Below, in pieces: positions 9,158-18,577 of a stretch of 32,000 nucleotides of DNA (positions are counted from its first letter, which is position 1; each line of letters begins with the position of its first letter). The translations under genes were made by a program, and so were the position numbers. The DNA is from Desulfotalea psychrophila LSv54 (GTDB lineage Bacteria > Desulfobacterota > Desulfobulbia > Desulfobulbales > Desulfocapsaceae). The DNA is taken from contig NC_006138.1 in NCBI RefSeq assembly GCF_000025945.1, forward strand, positions 1,560,001-1,592,000, read 5' to 3'. The notes beneath the pieces were generated by a model. That model had not been told where the DNA came from. It saw only the letters and a list, made by a program, of their open reading frames with translations, and did no database searches.

Positions 9158-9601
9158 ATGAAAAAACAAATTATAGTTGTTCTGGTAAACTTATTATTAT
9201 TAACGGGGTGTGCGGGAACTATGTCTGAGCTGGGGATAAAAAATGGTGAGCTGACGCCGTGCCCGAAAACACCAAACTGTGTGAATAGTCAGGCGGTTGG
9301 AGAAAAACATTATATTCAACCTATCCGTTACGCAGGAACACGGCAGGAGATGCGAGTCCGTCTCTTGCAGATACTTGAGGCCGAAAAGCGAACAAATATT
9401 CTGACGGTTCAGGAGGATTATGTTCGAGTAGAATTTACGTCAGCATTGTTTCGATTTGTTGATGACGTGGAGTTTTATTTTCCGGAGGAGCAAAGCGGCG
9501 AGACGGTTATTTATGTTCGATCCGCTTCCCGGCTCGGATATTCTGATCTTGGTGCCAACCGGAAACGAATTGAGTGGATTCGAGGTGAATTTAATAAATA
9601 G
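9158..9601 (+). CDS. DUF1499-family lipoprotein
   Basis: Lipobox signal MKKQIIVVLVNLLLLTGC; CPKTPNCVNSQ... and RVEFTSALFRFVDDVEFYF / IYVRSASRLGYSDLGANRKRIEWIR are DUF1499 hallmarks. Confidence 0.88.
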   Translation: MKKQIIVVLVNLLLLTGCAGTMSELGIKNGELTPCPKTPNCVNSQAVGEKHYIQPIRYAGTRQEMRVRLLQILEAEKRTNILTVQEDYVRVEFTSALFRFVDDVEFYFPEEQSGETVIYVRSASRLGYSDLGANRKRIEWIRGEFNK

Positions 9602-9741
9602 GTTTTAGACCTCTAGCGGCGTCGCTGAATAACGCTTGCCCAAGTTAGGTGCTTTCTTGCCGGTAACCCGGCAGCTCTTCACTGGTAGAGATGTTGCACT
9701 TATTATTTGAACTCAGCTTAGGGATTTTTAAAAGATATATC

Positions 9742-10284
9742 ATGAATAATTGGGATCAAGATAAATATCTAGAAGCGTGGAATTTTGCCTCTGCCATTCA
9801 TAATGGGCAAAAGATACCTGGAAGCGATATACCTTATATTAATCACCTTGGGCTCGTTGCAATGGAGGCGGTAGCAACTGTAGCCAATAAAAACATCCAA
9901 AATTCTAATATTCTTGTTTTGTGTGCGTTATTGCATGATTCTATTGAGGATACGGCAACGACCCATGAAGATATTAAAAAAATATTTGGCTCTGATATTG
10001 CTGATGGCGTTTTATCGCTCACTAAAAATAAAAAATTGCCTTCCAAGGTTGAACAAATGCTGGACAGTATTGCTAGAATAAAAACTCAACCTAAAGAGGT
10101 GTGGATGGTTAAGTTATGTGATCGAATCACGAATTTACAACCACCGCCAAGGCACTGGAACAAAGAAAAAATTGGCAAATATCAAAATGAAGCTCGCCTT
10201 ATATTAGAGAAATTAGGAGAGGCAAGCCAGTTTCTTGCAGAAAGATTAAAAATGAAAATTGATGCATATGACCAATATTTATAA
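9742..10284 (+). CDS. small HD-domain protein, RelA/SpoT hydrolase-like (MESH1-like)
   Basis: YLEAWNFASAIHNGQKIPGSDIPYINHLGLVAMEAV...LCALLHDSIEDTATTHEDIKKIFG...VKLCDRITNLQPPP: HD and ED motifs as in (p)ppGpp hydrolase domains. Confidence 0.8.
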   Translation: MNNWDQDKYLEAWNFASAIHNGQKIPGSDIPYINHLGLVAMEAVATVANKNIQNSNILVLCALLHDSIEDTATTHEDIKKIFGSDIADGVLSLTKNKKLPSKVEQMLDSIARIKTQPKEVWMVKLCDRITNLQPPPRHWNKEKIGKYQNEARLILEKLGEASQFLAERLKMKIDAYDQYL

Positions 10285-10306
10285 AAATCATAGGCCCTGT
10301 TGCATA

Positions 10307-10720
10307 AATTATGAGGGAAAAAAATCAGCTCTTCTCTACTCCATCTCATCTGCTTATAGCACTCTTTGCTGTCCGCGGCACCATCGCCTGATATCTGTTT
10401 AATGCGACGACGAAGAGGGTTCAATAAGGGTCTCAAGGCCTTGGCATCACGAACTGACTTTATTGGAATTTCACTTAGGCGATTAGTTTCTGTATCAATA
10501 GCAAGGTGAAATTTGTGTCAAATTCTATGCCTTGCAGCTCCCTCTTCTTCATCTATCTTGCCCGTGCTTTCCGTCCTGCCCTATGATTATTAACTTCCCT
10601 TGGCCAGGCTGGTGAGACTTGAACTTGACTGCTTGAGCTCGATTGCATTGTCATGCTTCGTCCTCTCAATCCAGGTTGTTCAGTGTTGGACCAATTTTTG
10701 CTAACTATTCCAGTGAAATG
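10307..10720 (-). pseudogene. degenerate IS5-type transposase fragment with one terminal sequence
   Basis: Minus strand encodes FHLAIDTETNRLSEIPIKSVRDAKALRPLLNPLRRRIKQISGDGAADSKECYKQ (DDE transposase-like region) with disrupted upstream frames. It ends in ggccctgttgcataaattatgaggg, matching the ends of the elements at 15641 and 20623. Confidence 0.7.
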
Positions 10721-11044
10721 TGGAGGGTGAGTCTGAATGATAGTTTCTGCAGAGAAAAGTATTGATTCTTTGTGTTTTTAAAATAATTTACATATAATTT
10801 TTTTATGAGTACTTAAAGTACTATAGCAAAAAGCCTAAAAGTACAGGGGATTTTTATGATTTCTTCAGGCGATTTTCAAACCAAAACAATTCGCTTATCC
10901 TTCCCTTTTGCTACCATGTCTCATCTACCCCTTCGCGCATCTTCATACCGTAGAGGCTTGTTGTGGGTATACAAATTATAAAATAATATGAGCTTTTAAA
11001 ATCATTGTCTATCCTTTTGCCTACGTTTTTAAGGAGAGCCCTTA

Positions 11045-12046
11045 ATGGAGCAGAACCGTAATCCTCTTGTCCATATCTACAGAGTAGCAACAGAGATATT
11101 TTTTATTGCCCTGCTCATCTGCTTCTCAGCAGCCCTATCCCTTGCTGCTAAACATGTCCGACTCGCATTGCAATGGTACCCGCAGGCACAATTTGCCGGC
11201 TATTACATGGCGCACGAAAAAGGAATATATGCCTCTCATGGTCTTGAGGTGGAAATACTTCCTGGCAGTGCAAATATGAATGGTTGTGAAAAAGTTCGCC
11301 TGGGAAAAGCAGAATTTGCTACAGCATTTTTATCTGATGCTTTGCAACTGCGCTCTCAAGGTGTACCTCTTGTTAATGTTGGTCAGTTTGTGCAGCGATC
11401 TGCGCTTATGCTGGTGGCCCGTAAGGATTCGGGGATAAAGACTATTCATGACCTTGATGGAGCCAGGATTGGCACCTGGGGTGAGGACTTTTGTCTGCAG
11501 CCTAAAGCCCTGTTCAAGCGTGAGGGGTTGAATGTGACACTTGTCAGGCAATCTCAGTCGTTTGAGCTGTTCATGCGCGGCGGCATCGATGTGGGTTTGG
11601 CTATGTGGTACAACGAGTATCATCGCTTGCTCTCCTATGGCTTGAATGAGGATGAGATGACCATCTTCTTTTTTAGCGATTTGGAGATGAATCTGCCAGA
11701 AGACGGAATTTACAGTCTGGAGTCTACCTTTAACGAATCTCCAGAGACTGCCCAAACGCTGGTGGAGGCGACTGCCGAAGGTTGGTTGTACGCCTTTGCT
11801 CACCCTGAAGAGACTGTCGACACCATGCTTCGCATCATGAAAGAGAGCAAGGTCAAGGCCAATAGAGCCCATCAAACATGGATGCTGGACCGCATGAAAG
11901 ATCTTCTCTTAGTCAAAGGGCAAAAGCAATTAAAGACGATACTGAAAGAGAGCGATTTCATTCGGACCCAAGAGGTGCTGCGCTTTCCAGGAGGCAAGCA
12001 GTCAGAGTTGATATACCAGGATTTCTACAAAGGAGACCTGCAATGA
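11045..12046 (+). CDS. NMT1/THI5-like periplasmic solute-binding protein
   Basis: VRLALQWYPQAQFAGYYMAHEKGIYASHGLEVEILPG...LGKAEFATAFLSDALQLRSQGVPLVNVGQFVQRSALMLVARKDSGI. Confidence 0.9.
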   Translation: MEQNRNPLVHIYRVATEIFFIALLICFSAALSLAAKHVRLALQWYPQAQFAGYYMAHEKGIYASHGLEVEILPGSANMNGCEKVRLGKAEFATAFLSDALQLRSQGVPLVNVGQFVQRSALMLVARKDSGIKTIHDLDGARIGTWGEDFCLQPKALFKREGLNVTLVRQSQSFELFMRGGIDVGLAMWYNEYHRLLSYGLNEDEMTIFFFSDLEMNLPEDGIYSLESTFNESPETAQTLVEATAEGWLYAFAHPEETVDTMLRIMKESKVKANRAHQTWMLDRMKDLLLVKGQKQLKTILKESDFIRTQEVLRFPGGKQSELIYQDFYKGDLQ

Positions 12047-13977
12047 GAATAAACGGAATCGCCTTTCGGCTGGCGTCACTCACCCTGGCCTTTTCCACCC
12101 TGATTTTTGCCGTTATTATTGGCTATAATTATACAGTTTCACGTGGAATTATTGAAGATCTTGCTGAAGATCGGGGCACCCTTTTAGCCGCATCAACAGG
12201 TCAGCGAATAGCTGCAGTGCTGAACTCTATGGAAAAGGTTGCCGACTCTATTGCCTTTTCCCTTGAGGATGGCAACCTCAATGAAAAACGGCTCCAGGAA
12301 CTGGGGACGCAGGTCCTCATGAATAATCAGGAAATTTTTGGGACTGCCATAGCATTTGAACCCTACGGATTTGATCCGGAAAAGCTGTATTACGCCCCCT
12401 ACTCTTTTCGCTCACAGAACAAAATATCGTCCACCAACCTTGGCAGGCCGGGTTATCAGTATTTTTATATGGACTGGTATCAGTTGGCAAAAGAGTTGGA
12501 AAAATCGATTTGGACTGAACCCTACTTCGATACCGGAGGGGGGCATCAGCTTATGTCCACCTATTCCGTTCCCTTTTACCGTAAGGATGGAAAAGAAGAG
12601 GTGCTGGCGGGAGTGGTTACGGCTGATATCTCTCTTGACTGGATGCAGAAGCTGATAGCTGAGATCAATACAAATGAAACCGGCTATGTTTTTTTGCTTT
12701 CGCGCTACGGTACATACATTGCCCATCCCAATGCAAAGGTGGTGATGAACGAGACGATCTTCACCTCCGCTGAAAACCAGGGACAACCTCTTCTTCGTGA
12801 CATAGGGAGACGGATGGTTGCGGGCGAGTCTGGAGTTGAAGAACTGGCAGATTTACCTTTAACCGGGGACAGCTTTCTCTACTTTACCTCTTTACCTGAG
12901 CAAGAGTGGTCCATTGGGGTTGTTTTTCCAAAACAGGAGATGTTTGCCGGGGTAGCACGTTTGACCAAAGAGGTCGTCACCTTGGCTGTTCTTGGCTTTG
13001 TAGCTCTAGCCCTGCTCCTGATCTATCTTTCCTGTAAAATCACCCGTCCTCTTCGAAGTCTTACCGGCTCGGTAAATGACATTGCCTCTGGTAATTTGGA
13101 TGTAGATCTGCCTGCTGTTGTCGCCCAGGATGAGGTTGGCGAACTGACAGGATCAATTATAACCATGCGTGATTCCCTGAAACAATATATCGCTAACCTG
13201 ACGGAAACTACCGCGGTTAAAGAGCGCATCGAGTCTGAGCTTCGTATTGCCCATGATATTCAGATGTCTATTCTGCCTAAGCTCTTCCCGGCATTTCCCA
13301 ATAGATCTGAATTTGATATTTACGCAAGCATTGAGCCAGCAAGGGAGGTCGGTGGCGATCTCTATGATTTTTTCTTCATTGATGAGAATCGGTTCTGCTT
13401 TCTGGTGGGTGACGTCTCTGGTAAGGGCGTACCGGCTGCGTTCTACATGGCTGTCACCAAAACTCTGCTTAAGGTGGTCGCTGAAAGGGGGCTTAATCCG
13501 GGTGAAATACTGGCGAAGGTTAATAATGATCTGGCCGAAGATAACGATGCCTGTATGTTTGTCACCCTGTTTTTGGCGGTGATTGATATTGGTACTGGAG
13601 AGGTGCTTTATGCCAATGCAGGTCATAACCCGCCCCTCTTTATACCTAAGGGTGGAAAAGCAGAATGGATACCTCCATTAAACGAGCTGGTGGCAGGTGC
13701 AATGGAGGATTCTGTTTATACAACTAAATCTATGACCATGCAGCCCGGGGATACCCTCTTTATCTATACCGACGGGGTCACTGAAGCCATGGACAGTAAA
13801 CAGAGCCTCTATTCAGATGATCGTTTACTTACAGAAGTAGACCGCTGTAGCGGCCTTGCTGCGAAGCCGTTCATCCATGCCATCGATGACTCCATAAAAG
13901 CATTTACCGGTGGGGCCGAGCAATCGGACGATATAACCATGCTTGCCATGCAGTTTCTTGGCAAAAAGAATATTTAA
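12043..13977 (+). CDS. membrane sensor phosphatase: Cache-like periplasmic domain, HAMP, SpoIIE/PP2C (RsbU-like)
   Basis: The ATG at 12043 overlaps the upstream stop (ATGA). TM plus dCache-like region, HAMP (LTGSVNDIASGNLDVDLP), then ELRIAHDIQMSILPKLFPAF...DIYASIEPAREVGGDLYDFFFIDENRFCFLVGDVSGKGVPAAFYMA...GDTLFIYTDGVTEA. The longer ORF start at 11878 overlaps the previous gene. Confidence 0.92.
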   Translation: MRINGIAFRLASLTLAFSTLIFAVIIGYNYTVSRGIIEDLAEDRGTLLAASTGQRIAAVLNSMEKVADSIAFSLEDGNLNEKRLQELGTQVLMNNQEIFGTAIAFEPYGFDPEKLYYAPYSFRSQNKISSTNLGRPGYQYFYMDWYQLAKELEKSIWTEPYFDTGGGHQLMSTYSVPFYRKDGKEEVLAGVVTADISLDWMQKLIAEINTNETGYVFLLSRYGTYIAHPNAKVVMNETIFTSAENQGQPLLRDIGRRMVAGESGVEELADLPLTGDSFLYFTSLPEQEWSIGVVFPKQEMFAGVARLTKEVVTLAVLGFVALALLLIYLSCKITRPLRSLTGSVNDIASGNLDVDLPAVVAQDEVGELTGSIITMRDSLKQYIANLTETTAVKERIESELRIAHDIQMSILPKLFPAFPNRSEFDIYASIEPAREVGGDLYDFFFIDENRFCFLVGDVSGKGVPAAFYMAVTKTLLKVVAERGLNPGEILAKVNNDLAEDNDACMFVTLFLAVIDIGTGEVLYANAGHNPPLFIPKGGKAEWIPPLNELVAGAMEDSVYTTKSMTMQPGDTLFIYTDGVTEAMDSKQSLYSDDRLLTEVDRCSGLAAKPFIHAIDDSIKAFTGGAEQSDDITMLAMQFLGKKNI

Positions 13978-14140
13978 TAGAAGGATAACTGTTGGGCTCC
14001 CGATTGGTTGGCAAGCTTATGTAGTATGGGGAAGGGGAGAAGCATAGCCTCTCCCTGCGGGTGGTCTGCTCTGCTCATCAGGCAGTCGCGGCAGAAGCAG
14101 ATTACTCTGGAGGGGACGGGTATCGCGTCACAGGCGCGGC

Positions 14141-15214
14141 TTAGCGCGTCCTGCCCATGCCGCTGTTCGACAGGCTTTCCACTTCTTTAAAGAAAATCCG
14201 TTGCCGTTCGAGGAGTTCCAATGGTCTGTCCACAGGGGTCATGTGGGCGCTTCCCTCTATGATGTAATACTGAGGATTATTGGCAAATCCAGACTGCCAT
14301 TTTGTATAGGCTGGCGTACACAGATCGTCGCTTCCGCAAGTCATAAGAATAGGAACATTCAATTTGGACAGTTGCAAGGTTACGTCGATCGTTTTTAGCG
14401 TTCCCAGCACATTCAATTCCGAGCCGCTGGCAACCATAGTGTCGTGGATTGCGGCACTTCGTGCGGCAATCAATTTCTGCATTGCCTTAGGTAATGGCCA
14501 GGTGTGGGTAACATGCTTCTTACTGAACTCCAGGCAAGCTGCGTCGTAGTCGTTCTTTGTTCCTAAGCCCCTCAACTCATAATCATCTATCACCTGTCCG
14601 CCTTTTCCATTGAGGCAGCTCAAGCCCTGCTTAAGTGCCGGGGCAACATGAGTGCTGTAATAGGGAAAACTCAGTATTGGGCTATGGAGAGAAATGGACA
14701 ATATGCCGGTGGGGTGTTTGGCAGCAAATCCGACAGCCAGAGTGGTTCCCCATGAATGACCAATTAAATGGTACTTCTTCAAGCTCAGACCATCCCGAAT
14801 CGCTTTCACCTCAGCAAAATATCGTTCTGCAGTCCACAGGGACGGATTCTCCGGCCGCTCTGATTTTCCGCAGCCCAGTTGATCGTAGAAGATTACAGGG
14901 CGTTCATCACTCAATGCCTGAAACGCTACCAGATTATGATGATTTCCTCCGGGACCGCCGTGCAGAACCAAGGCTGGAGGGGCACTGCCGGAGCCAATTC
15001 TGCCGTACCATAATTTGTAGGTATGATCATTATAGGTGTAATCGATAAAACCTTCGCTATCATAAGCTGGTTCAGTTAAGATTTTGTCTATGAATGATTG
15101 CTCTTTATTCATGGTCTTTTCGTCTCGCGACATACAGCCGGTCATCATTACTATAATTAAGGTACAGAATACGCTCCAACATAACAAACATCTATGACTG
15201 ATTATGTATTTCAT
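14141..15214 (-). CDS. proline iminopeptidase-like alpha/beta hydrolase (S33), lipoprotein
   Basis: Lipobox-like VMMTGC; VLHGGPGGNHHNLVAFQALSDERPVIFYDQLGCGKSERP; HLIGHSWGTTLAVGFAAKHP nucleophile elbow; GSAHMTPVDRP catalytic His. Confidence 0.88.
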   Translation of the reverse strand: MKYIISHRCLLCWSVFCTLIIVMMTGCMSRDEKTMNKEQSFIDKILTEPAYDSEGFIDYTYNDHTYKLWYGRIGSGSAPPALVLHGGPGGNHHNLVAFQALSDERPVIFYDQLGCGKSERPENPSLWTAERYFAEVKAIRDGLSLKKYHLIGHSWGTTLAVGFAAKHPTGILSISLHSPILSFPYYSTHVAPALKQGLSCLNGKGGQVIDDYELRGLGTKNDYDAACLEFSKKHVTHTWPLPKAMQKLIAARSAAIHDTMVASGSELNVLGTLKTIDVTLQLSKLNVPILMTCGSDDLCTPAYTKWQSGFANNPQYYIIEGSAHMTPVDRPLELLERQRIFFKEVESLSNSGMGRTR

Positions 15215-15640
15215 AAGCCCTCTGTCAAACAAATTGTTATCCGGTTTTCTGATATCATCTCAAAACACAATTTGCCAAGGCAGCCATGATACCGGTTTTT
15301 TAACCGGATATCGCGACAGAACCTCTTGCTCTGGATGTGTCTTTCGCTGCCAGAAATTTCTCACTTCCCTCTTGTCGAATTCGCTCAAGATCCACTGATG
15401 AGGTCGTTAATATATAGTGCTTGTGAAACTTCACCTCAAAGTATTTGCTTATGTCATTATCACCATTTTATGGGCTTGGCTTTTTTCACTGTTTGCGAGA
15501 CAATTCTATAAAACAGTCACTCCTAGATTTTAGCGAAACAATAGACCTAAGGCAAGGATCAGTCATGAAAACCAGCACAGCCCATTACAGGCCAGCAAGA
15601 CTTTCTCGGCAAGCCATCAGTCACATTATAGATAGTGGCA

Positions 15641-15807
15641 GGCCTTGTTGCTTAAATAGAAGTTGTCAGCATTGCTCGATGATGTTTTCTTATAACATAG
15701 AGCATTGGAGGATGCAGGGGAGACAGCAGGAGAAAGATCGAAAACTGGCCGGAGTGGGGCAGAGAGAGGAGCTAGTTTTTTTCCCTCATGCTTTATGCAA
15801 TAAGGCC
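15641..15807. mobile_element. MITE-like non-autonomous element, copy A (~167 bp)
   Basis: Starts ggccttgttgcttaaatagaagttg and ends ctttatgcaataaggcc (imperfect terminal inverted repeats). The interior ...gcattgctcgatgatgttttcttataacatagagcattggaggatgcagggga matches the reverse complement of 20623-20905. Confidence 0.75.
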
Positions 15808-15950
15808 ACAAGGCCATCCAACCGACTCCGCAACCTTGCCCATTTTTTGCAAAAGAGATAGCAATAAATAGGGCCACCTTGCCCCTTCATCGCTAATTTT
15901 AGCCAACTTTGCCTCTTAATGAGGCCTTATTTTTCGGAGATCATCAATAA

Positions 15951-16515
15951 ATGGATATATCAGCAATAGCAAAATTTATAAAATCACCTACCTTGTATAT
16001 TTTTCTTACCTGTATCATTAGTGGCATGTTCTTGTTTTTAACTGAATCTTTTTTAACTGATTTAGAGCTTATTTCGTTTGAGAAGGATTATAAAAAATGG
16101 GTTACTGTTGTCTTTCTTTTCTCGTTAGGTTTTTTTGTTTTGAACCTACTGAATATGGCATATAAAAACTATCAAAAGAACTACCAGGAAAAAATTGTTG
16201 AAGCTGAAATTAATGAACATAAAAAAGATTCTCTAAAAAAATAGTCGTGATGCCAAAGCCTTAACGTCAACTTGGGATGATCGCGAAAAATCGATATTAA
16301 GAGAGTTTTTTGTTCAAGAAAAAAAGATGATTGAAATGTCAAATGACGACCCTGTAGCTCTTGGTCTTATAGATAAGCACATTATAAGCCAAGTTGGCAA
16401 AAACGATACTGATAATAATATAATTGGTTTGACCTGCTACTTTGAAATTACTGAAGAGGCGAAAGAACTTATTGAACAGTTTGGGCTTGATAAAACCAAT
16501 CAGGTAAACAACTAA
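15951..16515 (+). pseudogene. SieB-like superinfection exclusion protein, split by a frameshift at an A7 tract (~16234-16241)
   Basis: N-terminal ORF 15951-16244 (two TM helices, YKKWVTVVFLFSLGFFVLNLLNMAYKNYQ) and the +1 frame continuation RDAKALTSTWDDREKSILREFFVQEKKMIEMSNDDPVALGLIDKHIISQVG...FEITEEAKELIEQFG together resemble a full SieB-family protein. Confidence 0.65.
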
Positions 16516-16723
16516 ATTCAGGCTTCGCAAGATTTTGAGCAGCGGATCATGGCTAAGATGCTATAAAATTTTTGAAATAAATATAACAAGGCAAATTAAT
16601 TCGGATTGGTAAAAGGCGCGGTGTTTTTAAGCCCTCCATGGGCATTTGTCTTGGGGTGGCACGGGGATAGTGCTGCTTCACGGGCAAGCAGCACCAAGCA
16701 TCTCTCGCCACTCTATAACAAAG

Positions 16724-18040
16724 TTACCCCAACTCTTCTGGCAGAATCATATTGAGAATAATGGCAATAAGAGCCGCCGGAAGAATTCCCGAAGTAAGGA
16801 GGATTTTGGTGGTTCCAGGAAGATGTTGTAGCGCTTCCGGAACTGCCTGAAAACCAAGTCCTATGGAGAGAGCCAGGGCGAGGATAAGCATATTACGCTT
16901 ATTCCATACCACATCACTGAGCATATTAATGCCAGCGGAGATCACCATACCAAACATCACAATCACACTTCCGCCTAAAACAGCAATGGGCATCGCCGAA
17001 ATAACTGCTCCCACCTTTGGTACAAGTCCCGCCATAATCAGAAAAAGAGCGCCAATAGTTACAACGTGACGACTCATCACCCCGGTCATGGAGACAAGGC
17101 CAACATTTTGTGAAAAAGAGGTATTGGGAAGGGCGCCAAAAAAAGCACCTAAGGTTGTGCCAAGCCCATCGGCCATGGTTGCCCCGGCAATCTCTTTTTC
17201 GGTTGCTTCACGGCCAGCGCCACCCTGGGTTATCCCCGAGACATCGCCCACGGTTTCAATGGCGGAAACAAAAGCCATCAGTGACATGGCAAAGACACTG
17301 CTTAGGCTCAGTTCAAAACCAAAGTGCAGTGGAGTAGGCATTGCAAACCAGGCTGCGTTTTCGATATGGGAAAAGTTGACCATTCCCATGGATATTGCGA
17401 CAAGATAGCCTACGATAAGACCAATAAGAACCGAGGCGGTGGAGAGCATGCCCCGTCCAAAAAATTTTAGGATCAGGGTAACAAAAAGAACGGTAAGCGA
17501 GAGTCCCCAATGTTGCATGGAGCCAAACTCCTCGGTTCCCATAAGCGGTACGCCACCTGCTGCATACTGAATACCGATAGGAATTAATGAAAGACCAATG
17601 GTAAGCACCACAATTCCTGTTACCAGGGGCGGCAAAAAATTACGGATTCGGCCAATAACTGTGCCAAGGAAAAAGTGAAAAATGCCACTGAGCATAATGC
17701 TTCCGTAAAGAGCCGAAATTCCAGCAATTTTAACCAAAGGGATCATGATTGGCAGGAAGGCAAATGAAGTACCTTGGACAATGGGTAGGCGGGCGCCAAC
17801 AGGACCAAGTCCCACGGTTTGCAAGAGGGTGGCGATACCAGCAAAGGTCATAACCATCTGAATCATATAGACCATCTCAGGAGAACCAAAGGTGAATCCT
17901 GCGGCCAGGGAGATGATAATTGCCGGGGTGATATTTGAGATAAACATCGCCAGTACATGCTGGATGCCAAGGGGGATAGCCAGGTGAAGAGGTGGAAGAT
18001 AATTGGGATCTTTCAACTGCTCTTTCTTTGTAAAGCTCAT
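16724..18040 (-). CDS. NCS2 nucleobase:cation symporter (xanthine/uracil permease)
   Basis: MSFTKKEQLKDPNYLPPLHLAIPLGIQHVLAMFISNITPAIIIS...PIVQGTSFAFLPIM...GALPNTSFSQNVGLVSMTGVMSRHV. The start is likely the internal Met at 18040, not 18127. Confidence 0.93.
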   Translation of the reverse strand: MSFTKKEQLKDPNYLPPLHLAIPLGIQHVLAMFISNITPAIIISLAAGFTFGSPEMVYMIQMVMTFAGIATLLQTVGLGPVGARLPIVQGTSFAFLPIMIPLVKIAGISALYGSIMLSGIFHFFLGTVIGRIRNFLPPLVTGIVVLTIGLSLIPIGIQYAAGGVPLMGTEEFGSMQHWGLSLTVLFVTLILKFFGRGMLSTASVLIGLIVGYLVAISMGMVNFSHIENAAWFAMPTPLHFGFELSLSSVFAMSLMAFVSAIETVGDVSGITQGGAGREATEKEIAGATMADGLGTTLGAFFGALPNTSFSQNVGLVSMTGVMSRHVVTIGALFLIMAGLVPKVGAVISAMPIAVLGGSVIVMFGMVISAGINMLSDVVWNKRNMLILALALSIGLGFQAVPEALQHLPGTTKILLTSGILPAALIAIILNMILPEELG

Positions 18041-18420
18041 AGTGTCAACCTTAAAAAAGCGGGAACATATTCGAAAGCTGACAAAATAGCGACACAAATT
18101 ACAATAAAACCCCTTTTTAACGAACAAAGTGAGCTTTCTGGGGAGGAACAGCTTTTAGCAACTGCGGAAAAACGGTCGACGACTTATTTTTCAGCCAGCG
18201 TCTTTTGGCGAATTCATGACGGGGAAGGAAAATAGGCGAGGAGTGTTATCCATTAAGATGATTCCGTATTCCTATGCTCCCGGGCGGAAGTATTAGCTCA
18301 TAATAATTTCTGACGGACAAAATTATTATGTATTGGAGGTGTTAGGTACTTGTAGGGATATTGAGTAAAATGTCTTCTTGTGTTGTTTTGCTGCTGCTCC
18401 GTAAAAGGAACCCTGGAGTG

Positions 18421-18464
18421 AAATAAGGGCTTAACAGTTGGGTAAAACTGTTAAGCCCTTATTT
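18421..18464. terminator. perfect 19-bp stem hairpin, likely (bidirectional) terminator
   Basis: aaataagggcttaacagtt-gggtaa-aactgttaagcccttattt; perfect inverted arms. Confidence 0.75.
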
Positions 18465-18577
18465 GTTTTGCAGAGTACTCACGTGATTGGACCTACCCCA
18501 AAGAAGGGGAGACACTCTCTTTCTGATAAATCCCCACCTGATAACTATTAAACGCCGTTAAAGCAGTGGTCTCTGGC

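Noticed and set aside
9625-9650. ataacgcttgcccaagttaggt after the DUF1499 gene as an attC
   Set aside because: Far too short for a complete attC; at most a vestige.
11330-11875. Minus-strand ORF of 181 aa opposite the solute-binding protein
   Set aside because: The antisense of a clearly coding gene; no family signature. The same applies to ORFs at 3897-4307, 13153-13626, 14635-15048, 21717-22148 and those inside pheT.
16580-16700. attC-like start (atataacaaggcaaattaattcgga) after the SieB-like gene
   Set aside because: No complementary L'/R' partner found downstream; the nearby gtgctgctt-cacgggc-aagcagcac hairpin is explained as a terminator-like structure.
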